Shown here piece by piece: positions 38,701 through 52,299 of a DNA stretch of 64,000 nt. Numbering within the stretch: the first letter of the stretch is position 1; the number at the start of each line of letters is the position of its first letter. The notes below the pieces were generated by a model. It was not told where the DNA came from. It ran no database searches and saw only the letters and a program-made list of their open reading frames with translations. Position numbers and translations under genes: made by a program. Origin of the DNA: Antedon mediterranea (Eukaryota; Animalia; Echinodermata); NCBI RefSeq assembly GCF_964355755.1, contig NW_027306095.1, positions 248,001-312,000 on the forward strand. The letters are read 5' to 3'.

Positions 38701-41110
38701 CGTCTCTAAATGCGATTTGAAGCTATTTTGTGCACTTTGTCGTTTTTGTGTGAAAAGTTTTTTCGAAATGCACAAAATGGTCTAAAACGTCTCCAAATGC
38801 GATTTGAAGCAATTTTGTGCACTTTGATGTTTTGTGTAATCCAGTTTCATCGAAATGTACAAAATTGTCTAAAACGTCTCTAAATGCGATTTGAAGCTAT
38901 TTTGTGCACTTTGTCGTTTTTGTGTGAAAAGTTTTTTCGAAATGCACAAAATGGTCTAAAACGTCTCCAATTGCGATTTGAAGTTATTTTGTGCACTTTG
39001 ATGTTTTGTGTGAAAAGTTTTATCGAAATGCTCAAAATGGTCTAAAACGGTTTCAAATGTGATTTTAAGCACTTTGATATTTTTGTGTAATCAAGTTTCA
39101 TCGAAATGCACAAAATGGTCTAAAACGTCTGCAAATGCGATTTAAAGCTATTTTGTGCACTTTAATGTTTTGTGTGAAAAGTTTTATCGAAATTCTCAAA
39201 ATGGTCTAAAACGGTTTCAAATGTGATTTTAAGCACTTTGATGTTTTTGTGTAATCAAGTTTCATCGAAATGCACAAAATGGTTTAAAACGTCTGCAAAT
39301 GCGATTTGAAGCTATTTTGTGCACTTTGATGTTTTTGTGTGAAAAGTTTCATCGAAATGCACAAAATTGTCTAAAACGTCTCCAAATACGATATTAAGCT
39401 ATTTTGTGCACTTTGATGTTTTTGTGTGAAAAGTTTCATCGAAATGCACAAAATGGTCTAAAACGTCTGCAAATGCGATTTGAAGCTATTTTGTGCACTT
39501 TGTCGTTTTTGTGTGAAAAGTTTCATCGAAATGCTCAAAATGGTCTAAAACGTCTCCAAATGCGATTTGAAGCAATTTTGTGCACTTTGATGTTTTTGTG
39601 TGAAAAGTTTCATCGAAATGCACAAAATGGTCTCTAAAACGTCTGCAAATGCGATTTGAAGCTATTTTGTGCACTTTGTCGTTTTTGTGTGAAAAGTTTT
39701 TTCGAAATGCACAAAATGGTCTAAAACGTCTCCAAATGCGATTTGAAGCAATTTTGTGCACTTTGATGTTTTGTGTAATCCAGTTTCATCGAAATGTACA
39801 AAATTGTCTAAAACGTCTCTAAATGCGATTTGAAGCTATTTTGTGCACTTTGTCGTTTTTGTGTGAAAAGTTTTTTCGAAATGCACAAAATGGTCTAAAA
39901 CGTCTCCAATTGCGATTTGAAGTTATTTTGTGCACTTTGATGTTTTGTGTGAAAAGTTTTATCGAAATGCTCAAAATGGTCTAAAACGGTTTCAAATGTG
40001 ATTTTAAGCACTTTGATATTTTTGTATAATCAAGTTAAATCGAAATGCACAAAATTGTCTAAAACGTCTGCAAATGCGATTTAAAGCTATTTTGTGCACT
40101 TTAATGTTTTATGTGAAAAGTTTTATCGAAATTCTCAAAATGGTCTAAAACGGTTTTAAATGTGATTTTAAGCACTTTGATGTTTTTGTGTAATCAAGTT
40201 TCATCGAAATGCACTAAATGGTTTAAAACGTCTGCAAATGCGATTTGAAGCTATTTTGTGCACTTTGATGTTTTTGTGTGAAAAGTTTCATCGAAATGCA
40301 CAAAATTGTCTAAAACGTCTCCAAATACGATATTAAGCTATTGTATGCACTTTGATGTTTTTGAGTGAAAAGTTTTTTCGAAATGCACAAAATGGTCTAA
40401 AACGTCTCCAAATGCGATTTGGAGCTCTTTTGTGCACTTTGATGTTTTGTGTAAAAAGTTTGCTATTTTGTGCACTTTAATGTTTTGTGTGAAAAGTTTT
40501 ATCGAAATGCTCAAAATTGTCTAAAACGGTTTCAAATGTGATTTTAAGCACTTTGATATTTTTGTGTAATCAAGTTTTTTCGAAATGCACAACATGGTCT
40601 AAAACGTCTCCAAATGCGATTTGAAGCTATTTTGTGCACTTTGATGTTTTTGTGTGAAAAGTTTATTCGAAATGCACAAAATGGTCTAAAACGTCTCCAA
40701 ATGCGATTTGAAGTTATTTTGTGCACTTTGATGTTTTGTGTGAAAAGTTTTATCGAAATGCTCAAAATGGTCTAAAACGGTTTCAAATGTGATTTTAAGC
40801 ACTTTGATATTTTTGTGTAATCAAGTTTCATCGAAATGCTCAAAATGGTCTAAAACGTCTCCAAATGCGATTTGAAGCTATTTTGTGCACTTTGATGTTT
40901 TTTTGTGAAAAGTTTCATCGAAATGCACAAAATGGTCTAAAACGTCTCTAAATGCGATTTGAAGCTATTTTGTGCACTTTGATGTTTTTGTGTGAAAAGT
41001 TTCATCGAAATGCACAAAATGGTCTAAAACGTCTCTAAATGCGATTTGAAGCTATTTTGTGCACTTTGATGTTTTTTTGTGAAAAGTTTCATCGAAATGC
41101 ACAAAATGGT
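35750..41110 (-). repeat. Tandem duplication, 2,677-bp unit x2
   Basis: ORF pairs 35685/38362, 36727/39404 and 37867/40544. Private variants are ttgtacgaaa (~35895/38572) and cggttttaaat (~37474/40151). Confidence 0.9.
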
Positions 41111-42225
41111 CTAAAACGTCTCTAAATGCGATTTGAAGCTATTTTGTGCACTTTGATGTTTTTTTGTGAAAAGTTTCATCGAAATGCACAAAATTGTCTA
41201 AAACGTCTCTAAATGCGATTTGAAGCTATTTTGTGCACTTTGTCGTTTTTGTGTGAAAAGTTTCATCGAAATGCACAAAATGGTCTAAAACGTCTGCAAA
41301 TGCGATTTGAAGCTATTTTGTGCACTTTGTCGTTTTTGTGTGAAAAGTTTTTTCGAAATGCACAAAATGGTCTAAAACGTCTCCAATTGCGATTTGAAGT
41401 TATTTTGTGCACTTTGATGTTTTGTGTGAAAAGTTTTATCGAAATGCTCAAAATGGTCTAAAACGGTTTCAAATGTGATTTTAAGCACTTTGATATTTTT
41501 GTGTAATCAAGTTTCATCGAAATGCACAAAATGGTCTAAAACGTCTGCAAATGCGATTTAAAGCTATTTTGTGCACTTTAATGTTTTGTGTGAAAAGTTT
41601 TATCGAAATTCTCAAAATGGTCTAAAACGTCTCTAAATGCGATTTGAAGCTATTTTGTGCACTTTGATGTTTTTTTGTGAAAAGTTTCATCGAAATGCAC
41701 AAAATGGTCTAAAACGTCTCTAAATGCGATTTGAAGCTATTTTGTGCACTTTGATGTTTTTTTGTGAAAAGTTTCATCGAAATGCACAAAATTGTCTAAA
41801 ACGTCTCTAAATGCGATTTGAAGCTATTTTGTGCACTTTGTCGTTTTTGTGTGAAAAGTTTCATCGAAATGCACAAAATGGTCTAAAACGTCTGCAAATG
41901 CGATTTGAAGCTATTTTGTGCACTTTGTCGTTTTTGTGTGAAAAGTTTTTTCGAAATGCACAAAATGGTCTAAAACGTCTCCAATTGCGATTTGAAGTTA
42001 TTTTGTGCACTTTGATGTTTTGTGTGAAAAGTTTTATCGAAATGCTCAAAATGGTCTAAAACGGTTTCAAATGTGATTTTAAGCACTTTGATATTTTTGT
42101 GTAATCAAGTTTCATCGAAATGCACAAAATGGTCTAAAACGTCTGCAAATGCGATTTAAAGCTATTTTGTGCACTTTAATGTTTTGTGTGAAAAGTTTTA
42201 TCGAAATTCTCAAAATGGTCTAAAA
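41025..42225 (-). repeat. Tandem duplication, 598-bp unit x2
   Basis: Identical ORFs at 41213/41811 and 41263/41861. Confidence 0.8.
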
Positions 42226-45200
42226 CGGTTTCAAATGTGATTTTAAGCACTTTGATGTTTTTGTGTAATCAAGTTTCATCGAAATGCACAAAATGGTTTA
42301 AAACGTCTGCAAATGCGATTTGAAGATATTTTGTGCACTTTGATGTTTTTGTGTGAAAAGTTTCATCGAAATGCACAAAATTGTCTAAAACGTCTCCAAA
42401 TACGATATTAAGCTATTTTGTGCACTTTGATGTTTTTGTGTGAAAAGTTTCATCGAAATGCACAAAATGGTCTAAAACGTCTGCAAATGCGATTTGAAGC
42501 TATTTTGTGCACTTTGTCGTTTTTGTGTGAAAAGTTTCATCGAAATGCTCAAAATGGTCTAAAACGTCTCCAAATGCGATTTGAAGCAATTTTGTGCACT
42601 TTGATGTTTTTGTGTGAAAAGTTTCATCGAAATGCACAAAATGGTCTCTAAAACGTCTGCAAATGCGATTTGAAGCTATTTTGTGCACTTTGTCGTTTTT
42701 GTGTGAAAAGTTTTTTCGAAATGCACAAAATGGTCTAAAACGTCTCCAAATGCGATTTGAAGCAATTTTGTGCACTTTGATGTTTTGTGTAATCCAGTTT
42801 CATCGAAATGTACAAAATTGTCTAAAACGTCTCTAAATGCGATTTGAAGCTATTTTGTGCACTTTGTCGTTTTTGTGTGAAAAGTTTTTTCGAAATGCAC
42901 AAAATGGTCTAAAACGTCTCCAATTGCGATTTGAAGTTATTTTGTGCACTTTGATGTTTTGTGTGAAAAGTTTTATCGAAATGCTCAAAATTGTCTAAAA
43001 CGGTTTCAAATGTGATTTTAAGCACTTTGATATTTTTGTATAATCAAGTTAAATCGAAATGCACAAAATGGTCTAAAACGTCTGCAAATGCGATTTAAAG
43101 CTATTTTGTGCACTTTAATGTTTTGTGTGAAAAGTTTTATCGAAATTCTCAAAATGGTCTAAAACGGTTTCAAATGTGATTTTAAGCACTTTGATGTTTT
43201 TGTGTAATCAAGTTTCATCGAAAAGCACAAAATGGTTTAAAACGTCTGCAAATGCGATTTGAAGCTATTTTGTGCACTTTGATGTTTTTGTGTGAAAAGT
43301 TTCATCGAAATGCTCAAAATGGTCTAAAACGGTTTCAAATGTGATTTTAAGCACTTTGATATTTTTGTATAATCAAGTTAAATCGAAATGCACAAAATGG
43401 TCTAAAACGTCTGCAAATGCGATTTAAAGCTATTTTGTGCACTTTAATGTTTTGTGTGAAAAGTTTTATCGAAATTCTCAAAATGGTCTAAAACGGTTTC
43501 AAATGTGATTTTAAGCACTTTGATGTTTTTGTGTAATCAAGTTTCATCGAAATGCACTAAATGGTTTAAAACGTCTGCAAATGCGATTTGAAGCTATTTT
43601 GTGCACTTTGATGTTTTTGTGTGAAAAGTTTCATCGAAATGCACAAAATTGTCTAAAACGTCTCCAAATACGATATTAAGCTATTGTATGCACTTTGATG
43701 ATTTTGAGTGAAAAGTTTTTTCGAAATGCACAAAATGGTCTAAAACGTCTCCAAATGCGATTTGGAGCTCTTTTGTGCACTTTGATGTTTTGTGTAAAAA
43801 GTTTGCTATTTTGTGCACTTTAATGTTTTGTGTGAAAAGTTTTATCGAAATGCTCAAAATTGTCTAAAACGGTTTCAAATGTGATTTAAAGCACTTTGAT
43901 ATTTTTGTGTAATCAAGTTTTTTCGAAATGCACAACATGGTCTAAAACGTCTCCAAATGCGATTTGAAGCTATTTTGTGCACTTTGATGTTTTTGTGTGA
44001 AAAGTTTATTCGAAATGCACAAAATGGTCTAAAACGTCTCCAAATGCGATTTGAAGTTATTTGGTGCACTTTGATGTTTTGTGTGAAAAGTTTTATCGAA
44101 ATGCTCAAAATGGTCTAAAACGGTTTCAAATGTGATTTTAAGCACTTTGATATTTTTGTGTAATCAAGTTTCATCGAAATGCTCAAAATGGTCTAAAACG
44201 TCTCTAAATGCGATTTGAAGCTATTTTGTGCACTTTGATGTTTTTGTGTGAAAAGTTTCATCGAAATGCACAAAATGGTCTAAAACGTCTCTAAATGCGA
44301 TTTGAAGCTATTTTGTGCACTTTGATGTTTTTTTGTGAAAAGTTTCATCGAAATGCACAAAATGGTCTAAAACGTCTCTAAATGCGATTTGAAGCTATTT
44401 TGTGCACTTTGTCGTTTTTGTGTGAAAAGTTTCATCGAAATGCTCAAAATGGTCTAAAACGTCTCCAAATGCGATTTGAAGCAATTTTGTGCACTTTGAT
44501 GTTTTTGTGTGAAAAGTTTCATCGAAATGCACAAAATGGTCTAAAACGTCTGCAAATGCGATTTGAAGCTATTTTGTGCACTTTGATGTTTTTTTGTGAA
44601 AAGTTTCATCGAAATGCACAAAATTGTCTAAAACGTCTCTAAATGCGATTTGAAGCTATTTTGTGCACTTTGATGTTTTTTTGTGAAAAGTTTCATCGAA
44701 ATGTACAAAATTGTCTAAAACGTCTCTAAATGCGATTTGAAGCTATTTTGTGCACTTTGTCTTTTTTGTGTGAAAAGTTTCATCGAAATGCTCAAAATGG
44801 TCTAAAACGTTTCCAAATGCGATTTGAAGCAATTTTGTGCACTTTGATGTTTTTGTGTGAAAAGTTTCATCGAAATGCACAAAATGGTCTAAAACGTCTG
44901 CAAATGCGATTTGAAGCTATTTTGTGCACTTTGTCGTTTTTGTGTGAAAAGTTTTTTCGAAATGCACAGAATGGTCTAAAACGTCTCCAATTGCGATTTG
45001 AAGTTATTTTGTGCACTTTGATGTTTTGTGTGAAAAGTTTTATCGAAATGCTCAAAATGGTCTAAAACGTTTCCAAATGCGATTTGAAGCAATTTGGTGC
45101 ACTTTGATGTTTTTGTGTAATCCAGTTTCATCGAAATGTACAAAATTGTCAAAAACGTCTCTAAATGCGATTTGAAGCTATTTTGTGCACTTTGTCGTTT

Positions 45201-47663
45201 TTGTGTGAAAAGTTTTTTCGAATTGCACAAAATGGTCTAAAACGTCTCCAATTGCGATTTGAAGTTATTTTGTGCACTTTGATGTTTTGTGTGAAAAGTT
45301 TTATCGAAATGCTCAAAATGGTCTAAAACGGTTTCAAATGTGATTTTAAGCACTTTGATATTTTTGTATAATCAAGTTAAATCGAAATAGACAAAATGGT
45401 CTAAAACGTCTGCAAATGCGATTTAAAGCTATTTTGTGCACTTTAATGTTTTGTGTGAAAAGTTTTATCGAAATTCTCAAAATGGTCTAAAACGGTTTCA
45501 AATGTGATTTTAAGCACTTTGATGTTTTTGTGTAATCAAGTTTCATCCAAAAGCACAAAATGGTTTAAAACGTCTGCAAACGCGATTTGAAGCTATTTTG
45601 TGCACTTTGATGTTTTTGTGTGAAAAGTTTCATCGAAATGCACAAAATTGTCTAAAACGTTTCCAAATACGATATTAAGCTATTGTATGCACTTTGATGT
45701 TTTTGAGTGAAAAGTTTTTTCGAAATGCACAAAATGGTCTAAAACGTCTCCTAATGCGATTTGAAGCTATTTTGTGCACTTTGATGTTTTTTTCTGAAAA
45801 GTTTCATCGAAATGCACAAAATGGTCTAAAACGTCTCTAAATGCGATTTGAAGCTATTTTGTGCACTTTGATGTTTTTGTGTGAAAAGTTTCATCGAAAT
45901 GCACAAAATGGTCTAAAACGTCTCTAAATGCGATTTGAAGTTATTTTGTGCACTTTGATGTTTTGTGTGAAAAGTTTTATCGAAATGCTCAAAATGGTCT
46001 AAAACGGTTTCAAATGTGATTTTAAGCACTTTGATATTTTTGTGTAATCAAGTTTCATCGAAATGCACAAAATGGTCTAAAACGTCTCCAAATGCGATTT
46101 GAAGCTATTTTGTGCACTTTAATGTTTTGTGTGAAAAGTTTTATCGAAATTCTCAAAATGGTCTAAAACGGTTTCAAATGTGATTTTAAGCACTTTGATG
46201 TTTTTGTGTAATCAAGTTTCATCGAAATGCACAAAATGGTTTAAAACGTCTGCAAATGCGATTTGAAGCTATTTTGTGCACTTTGATGTTTTTGTGTGAA
46301 AAGTTTCATCGAAATGCACAAAATTGTCTAAAACGTTTCCAAATACGATATTAAGCTATTGTATGCACTTTGATGTTTTTGAGTGAAAAGTTTTTTCGAA
46401 ATGCACAAAATGGTCTAAAACGTCTCCAAATGCGATTTGGAGCTCTTTTGTGCACTTTGATGTTTTGTGTAAAAAGTTTGCTATTTTGTGCACTTTAATG
46501 TTTTGTGTGAAAAGTTTTATCGAAATGCTCAAAATTGTCTAAAACGGTTTCAAATGTGATTTTAAGCACTTTGATATTTTTGTGTAATCAAGTTTTTTCG
46601 AAATGCACAACATGGTCTAAAACGTCTCCAAATGCGATTTGAAGCTATTTTGTGCACTTTGATGTTTTTGTGTGAAAAGTTTCATCGAAATGCACAAAAT
46701 GGTCTAAAACGTCTCTAAATGCGATTTAAAGCTATTTTGTGCACTTTGTCGTTTTTGTGTGAAAAGTTTCATCGAAATGCTCAAAATGGTCTAAAACGTC
46801 TCCAAATGCGATTTGAAGCTATTTTGTGCACTTTGTCGTTTTTGTGTGAAAAGTTTCATCGAAATGCTCAAAATGGTCTAAAACGTCTCTAAATGCGATT
46901 TGAAGCTATTTTGTGCACTTTGATGTTTTTTTGTGAAAAGTTTCATCGAAATGCACAAAATGGTCTAAAACGTCTCTAAATGCGATTTGAAGCTATTTTG
47001 TGCACTTTGATGTTTTTGTGTGAAAAGTTTCATCGAAATGCACAAAATGGTCTAAAACGTCTCTAAATGCGATTTGAAGCTATTTTGTGCACTTTGATGT
47101 TTTTTTGTGAAAAGTTTCTTCGAAATGCACAAAATGGTCTAAAACGTCTCTAAATGCGATTTGAAGCTATTTTGTGCACTTTGTCGTTTTTGTGTGAAAA
47201 GTTTCATCGAAATGCTCAAAATGGTCTAAAACGTCTCCAAATGCGATTTGAAGCAATTTTGTGCACTTTGATGTTTTTGTGTGAAAAGTTTCATCGAAAT
47301 GCACAAAATGGTCTAAAACGTCTGCAAATGCGATTTGAAGCTATTTTGTGCACTTTGATGTTTTGTGTAATCCAGTTTCATCGAAATGTACAAAATTGTC
47401 TAAAACGTCTCTAAATGCGATTTGAAGCTATTTTGTGCACTTTGTCGTTTTTGTGTGAAAAGTTTTTTCGAAATGCACAAAATGGTCTAAAACGTCTCTA
47501 AATGCGATTTGAAGCTATTTTGTGCACTTTGTCGTTTTTGTGTGAAAAGTTTCATCTAAATGCTCAAAATGGTCTAAAACGTCTCCAAATGCGATTTGAA
47601 GCTATTTTGTGCACTTTGATGTTTTTGTGTGAAAAGTTTCATCGAAATGCACAAAATGGTCTA

Positions 47664-48545
47664 AAACGTCTCCAAATATGATATTAAGCTATTGTATGCA
47701 CTTTGTTGTTTTTATCTGAAAAGTTTTCACGAAATGCACAAAATGATCTAAAACGTCTCTAAATGCGATTTGAAGTTATTTTGTGCACTTTAATGTTTTG
47801 TGTGAAAAGTTTTATCGAAAAGCACAAAATGGTCTAAAACGTCTCCAAATGCGATTTGAAGCTATTTTGTGCACTTTGATGTTTTGTGTGAAAAGTTTCA
47901 CCAAAATGCAAAAAATGGTCTAAAACGTCTCCAAATCCGTTTTGAAGCTAATCTAAGCACTTTGATGTTTTTATGTTAAACAGGTTTTTTCGAAATGCAC
48001 AAAATGGTCTAAAACGTCTCCAAATACGATTTGAAGCTCTTTTGTGCACTTTGATGTTTTGTGTAATAAGTTTTATAGAAACGCACAAAATGGTCTAAAA
48101 CGGTTTCAAATGTGATTTTAAGCACTTTGATATTTTTGTTTAACCAAGTTTCATCGAAATGCACAAAATGGTCTAAAACGTCTCCAAATGCGATTTGAAG
48201 CTGTTTTTGTGTGAAAAGTTTTTTCGAAATACACAAAATGGTCTAAAACGTCTCCAAATGCGATTTGGAGCTCTTTTGTGCACTTTGATGTTTTGTGTCA
48301 AAAGTTTTATAGAAATGCTCGAAATGGTCTAAAACGGTATCAAATGTGATTTTAAGCACTTTCATGTTTTTGTGTAGCCAAGTTTCATCGAAATGCACAA
48401 AAAAATCTAAAACGTCTCCAAATGCGATTTAAAGCTATTTTGTGCACTTTAATATTTTGTGTGAAAAGTTTATCGAAATTCTCAAAATGGTCTAAAACGG
48501 TTTCAAATGTGATTTTAAGCACTTTGATGTTTTTGTGTTATCAAG
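47664..48545 (-). repeat. Diverged monomer patch (copy B)
   Basis: Near-identical to 23050-23930 at offset 24,614. Confidence 0.92.
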
Positions 48546-51500
48546 TTTCATCGAAATGCACAAAATGGTTTAAAACGTCTGCAAATGCGATTTGAAGCTA
48601 TTTTGTGCACTTTGATGTTTTGTGTAATCCAGTTTCATCGAAATGTACAAAATTGTCTAAAACGTCTCTAAATGCGATTTGAAGCTATTTTGTGCACTTT
48701 GTCGTTTTTATGTGAAAAGTTTCATCGAAATGCTCAAAATGGTCTAAAACGTCTACAAATGCGATTTGAAGCTATTTTGTGCACTTTGATGTTTTTGTGT
48801 GAAAAGTTTCATCGAAATGCACAAAATGGTCTAAAACGGTTTCAAATGTGATTTTAAGCACTTTGATATTTTTGTGTAATCAAGTTTTTTCGAAATGCAC
48901 AAAATGGTCTAAAACGTCTCCAATTGCGATTTGAAGTTATTTTGTGCACTTTGATGTTTTGTGTGAAAAGTTTTATCGAAATGCTCAAAATGGTCTAAAA
49001 CGGTTTCAAATGTGATTTTAAGCACTTCGATATTTTTGTGTAATCAAGTTTCATCGAAATGCACAAAATGGTTTAAAACGTCTGCAAATGCGATTTGAAG
49101 CTATTTTGTGCACTTTGATGTTTTTGTGTGAAAAGTTTCATCGAAATGCACAAAATTGTCTAAAACGTTTCCAAATACGATATTAAGCTATTGTATGCAC
49201 TTTGATGTTTTTGAGTGAAAAGTTTTTTCGAAATGCACAAAATGGTCTAAAACGTCTCCAAATGCGATTTGGAGCTATTTTGTGCACTTTGATGTTTTGT
49301 GTAAAAAGTTTGCTATTTTGTGCACTTTAATGTTTTGTGTGAAAAGTTTTATCGAAATGCTCAAAATTGTCTAAAACGGTTTCAAATGTGATTTTAAGCA
49401 CTTTGATATTTTTGTGTAATCAAGTTTTTTCGAAATGCACAACATGGTCTAAAACGTCTCCAAATGCGATTTGAAGCTATTTTGTGCACTTTGATGTTTT
49501 TGTGTGAAAAGTTTCATCGAAATGCACAAAATGGTCTAAAACGTCTCTAAATGCGATTTAAAGCTATTTTGTGCACTTTGTCGTTTTTGTGTGAAAAGTT
49601 TCATCGAAATGCTCAAAATGGTTCAAAACGTCTGCAAATGCGATTTGAAGCTATTTTGTGCACTTTGATGTTTTGTGTAATCCAGTTTCATCGAAATGTA
49701 AAAAATTGTCTAAAACGTCTCTAAATGCGATTTGAAGCTATTTTGTGCACTTTGTCGTTTTTGTGTGAAAAGTTTCATCGAAATGCTCAAAATGGTCTAA
49801 AACGTCTCCAAATGCGATTTGAAGCTATTTTGTGCACTTTAATGTTTTGTGTGAAAAGTTTTATCGAAATGCTCAAAATGGTCTAAAACGGTTTCAAATG
49901 TGATTTTAAGCACCTTGATGTTTTTGTGTAATCAAGTTTCATCGAAATGCACAAAATGGTTTAAAACGTCTGCAAATGCGATTTGAAGCTATTTTGTGCA
50001 CTTTGATGTTTTTTGTAATCCAGTTTCATCGAAATGTACAAAATTGTCTAAAACGTCTCTAAATGCGATTTGAAGCTATTTTGTGCACTTTGTCGTTTTT
50101 ATGTGAAAAGTTTCATCGAAATGCTCAAAATGGTCTAAAACGTCTACAAATGCGATTTGAAGCTATTTTGTGCACTTTGATGTTTTTGTGTGAAAAGTTT
50201 CATCGAAATGCACAAAATGGTCTAAAACGGTTTCAATTGCGATTTGAAGTTATATTGTGCACTTTGATGTTTTGTGTGAAAAGTTTTATCGAAATGCTCA
50301 AAATGGTCTAAAACGGTTTCAAATGTGATTTTAAGCACTTTGATATTTTTGTGTAATCAAGTTTCATCGAAATGCACAAAATGGTCTAAAACGTCTGCAA
50401 ATGCGATTTAAAGCTATTTTGTGCACTTTAATGTTTTGTGTGAAAAGTTTTATCGAAATTCTCAAAATGGTCTAAAACGGTTTCAAATGTGATTTTAAGC
50501 ACTTTGATGTTTTTGTGTAATCAAGTTTCATCGAAATGCACAAAATGGTTTAAAACGTCTGCAAATGGGATTTGAAGCTATTTTGTGCACTTTGATGTTT
50601 TGTGTAATCCAGTTTCATCGAAATGTACAAAATTGTCTAAAACCTCTCAAAATGTGATTTGAAGCTATTTTGTGCACTTTGATGTTTTTGTGTGAAAAGT
50701 TTCATCGAAATGCACAAAATTGTCTAAAACGTCTCTAAATGCGATTTGAAGCTATTTTGTGCACTTTGTCGTTTTTGTGTGAAAAGTTTTTTCGAAATGC
50801 ACAAAATGGTCTAAAACGTCTCCAAATGCGATTTGAAGCAATTTTGTGCACTTTGATGTTTTGTGTAATCCAGTTTCATCGAAATGTACAAAATTGTCTA
50901 AAACGTCTCTAAATGCGATTTGAAGCTATTTTGTGCACTTTGTCGTTTTTGTGTGAAAAGTTTTTTCGAAATGCACAAAATGGTCTAAAACGTCTCCAAT
51001 TGCGATTTGAAGTTATTTTGTGCACTTTGATGTTTTGTGTGAAAAGTTTTATCGAAATGCTCAAAATTGTCTAAAACGGTTTCAAATGTGATTTTAAGCA
51101 CTTTGATATTTTTGTGTAATCAAGTTTCATCGAAATGCACAAAATGGTATAAAACGTCTGCAAATGCGATTTAAAGCTATTTTGTGCACTTTAATGTTTT
51201 GTGTGAAAAGTTTTATCGAAATTCTCAAAATGGTCTAAAACGGTTTCAAATGTGATTTTAAGCACTTTGATGTTTTTGTGTAATCAAGTTTCATCAAAAT
51301 GCACAAAATGGTTTAAAACGTCTGCAAATGCGATTTGAAGCTATTTTGTGCACTTTGATGTTTTTTTGTGAAAAGTTTCATCGAAATGCACAAAATTGTC
51401 TAAAACGTCTCCAAATACGATATTAAGCTATTGTATGCACTTTGATGTTTTTGAGTGAAAAGTTTTTTCGAAATGCACAAAATGTTCTAAAACGTCTCCA

Positions 51501-52279
51501 AATGCGATTTGGAGCTCTTTTGTGCACTTTAATTTTTTTTGTGTAAAAAGTTTGCTATTTTGTGCACTTTTAATGTTTTGTGTGAAAAGTTTTATCGAAA
51601 TGCTCAAAATTGTCTAAAACGGTTTCAAATGTGATTTTAAGCACTTTGATATTTTTGTGTAATCAAGTTTTTTCGAAATGCACAACATGGTCTAAAACGT
51701 CTCCAAATGCGATTTGAAGCTATTTTGTGCACTTTGATGTTTTTGTGTGAAAAGTTTCATCGAAATGCACAAAATGGTCTAAAACGTCTCTAAATGCGAT
51801 TTGAAGCTATTTTGTGCACTTTGATGTTTTTGTGTGAAAAGTTTCATCGAAATGCACAAAATGGTCTAAAACGTCTCTAAATGCGATTTGAAGATATTTT
51901 GTGCACTTTGTCGTTTTTGTGTGAAAAGTTTTTTCGAAATGCACAAAATGGTCTAAAACGTCTCCAAATGCGATTTGAAGCAATTTTGTGCACTTTGATG
52001 TTTTGTGTAATCCAGTTTCATCGAAATGTACAAAATTGTCTAAAACGTCTCTAAATGCGATTTGAAGCTATTTTGTGCACTTTGTCATTTTTGTGTGAAA
52101 AGTTTCATCGAAATGCACAAAATGGTCTAAAACGTCTCCAATTGCGATTTGAAGCTATTTTGTGCACTTTGATGTTTTTTTGTGAAAAGTTTCATCGAAA
52201 TGCACAAAATGGTCTAAAACGTCTCTAAATGCGATTTGAAGCTATTTTGTGCACTTTGTCGTTTTTGTGTGAAAAGTTT

Positions 52280-52299
52280 CATCGAAATGCATTTCGATG
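52280..52299. other. Strand-switch junction J4, identical to J2
   Basis: CATCGAAATGCATTTCGATG followed by the same private gatgTaacttg variant. Offset from J2 is 25,926 bp. Confidence 0.96.

Larger units (their letters stand above)
29718..52289 (-). repeat. Satellite block 4, T-rich orientation
   Basis: Begins gatttgaagctattttgtgcac at 29718 and ends ...catcgaaatg at 52289. Confidence 0.97.
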
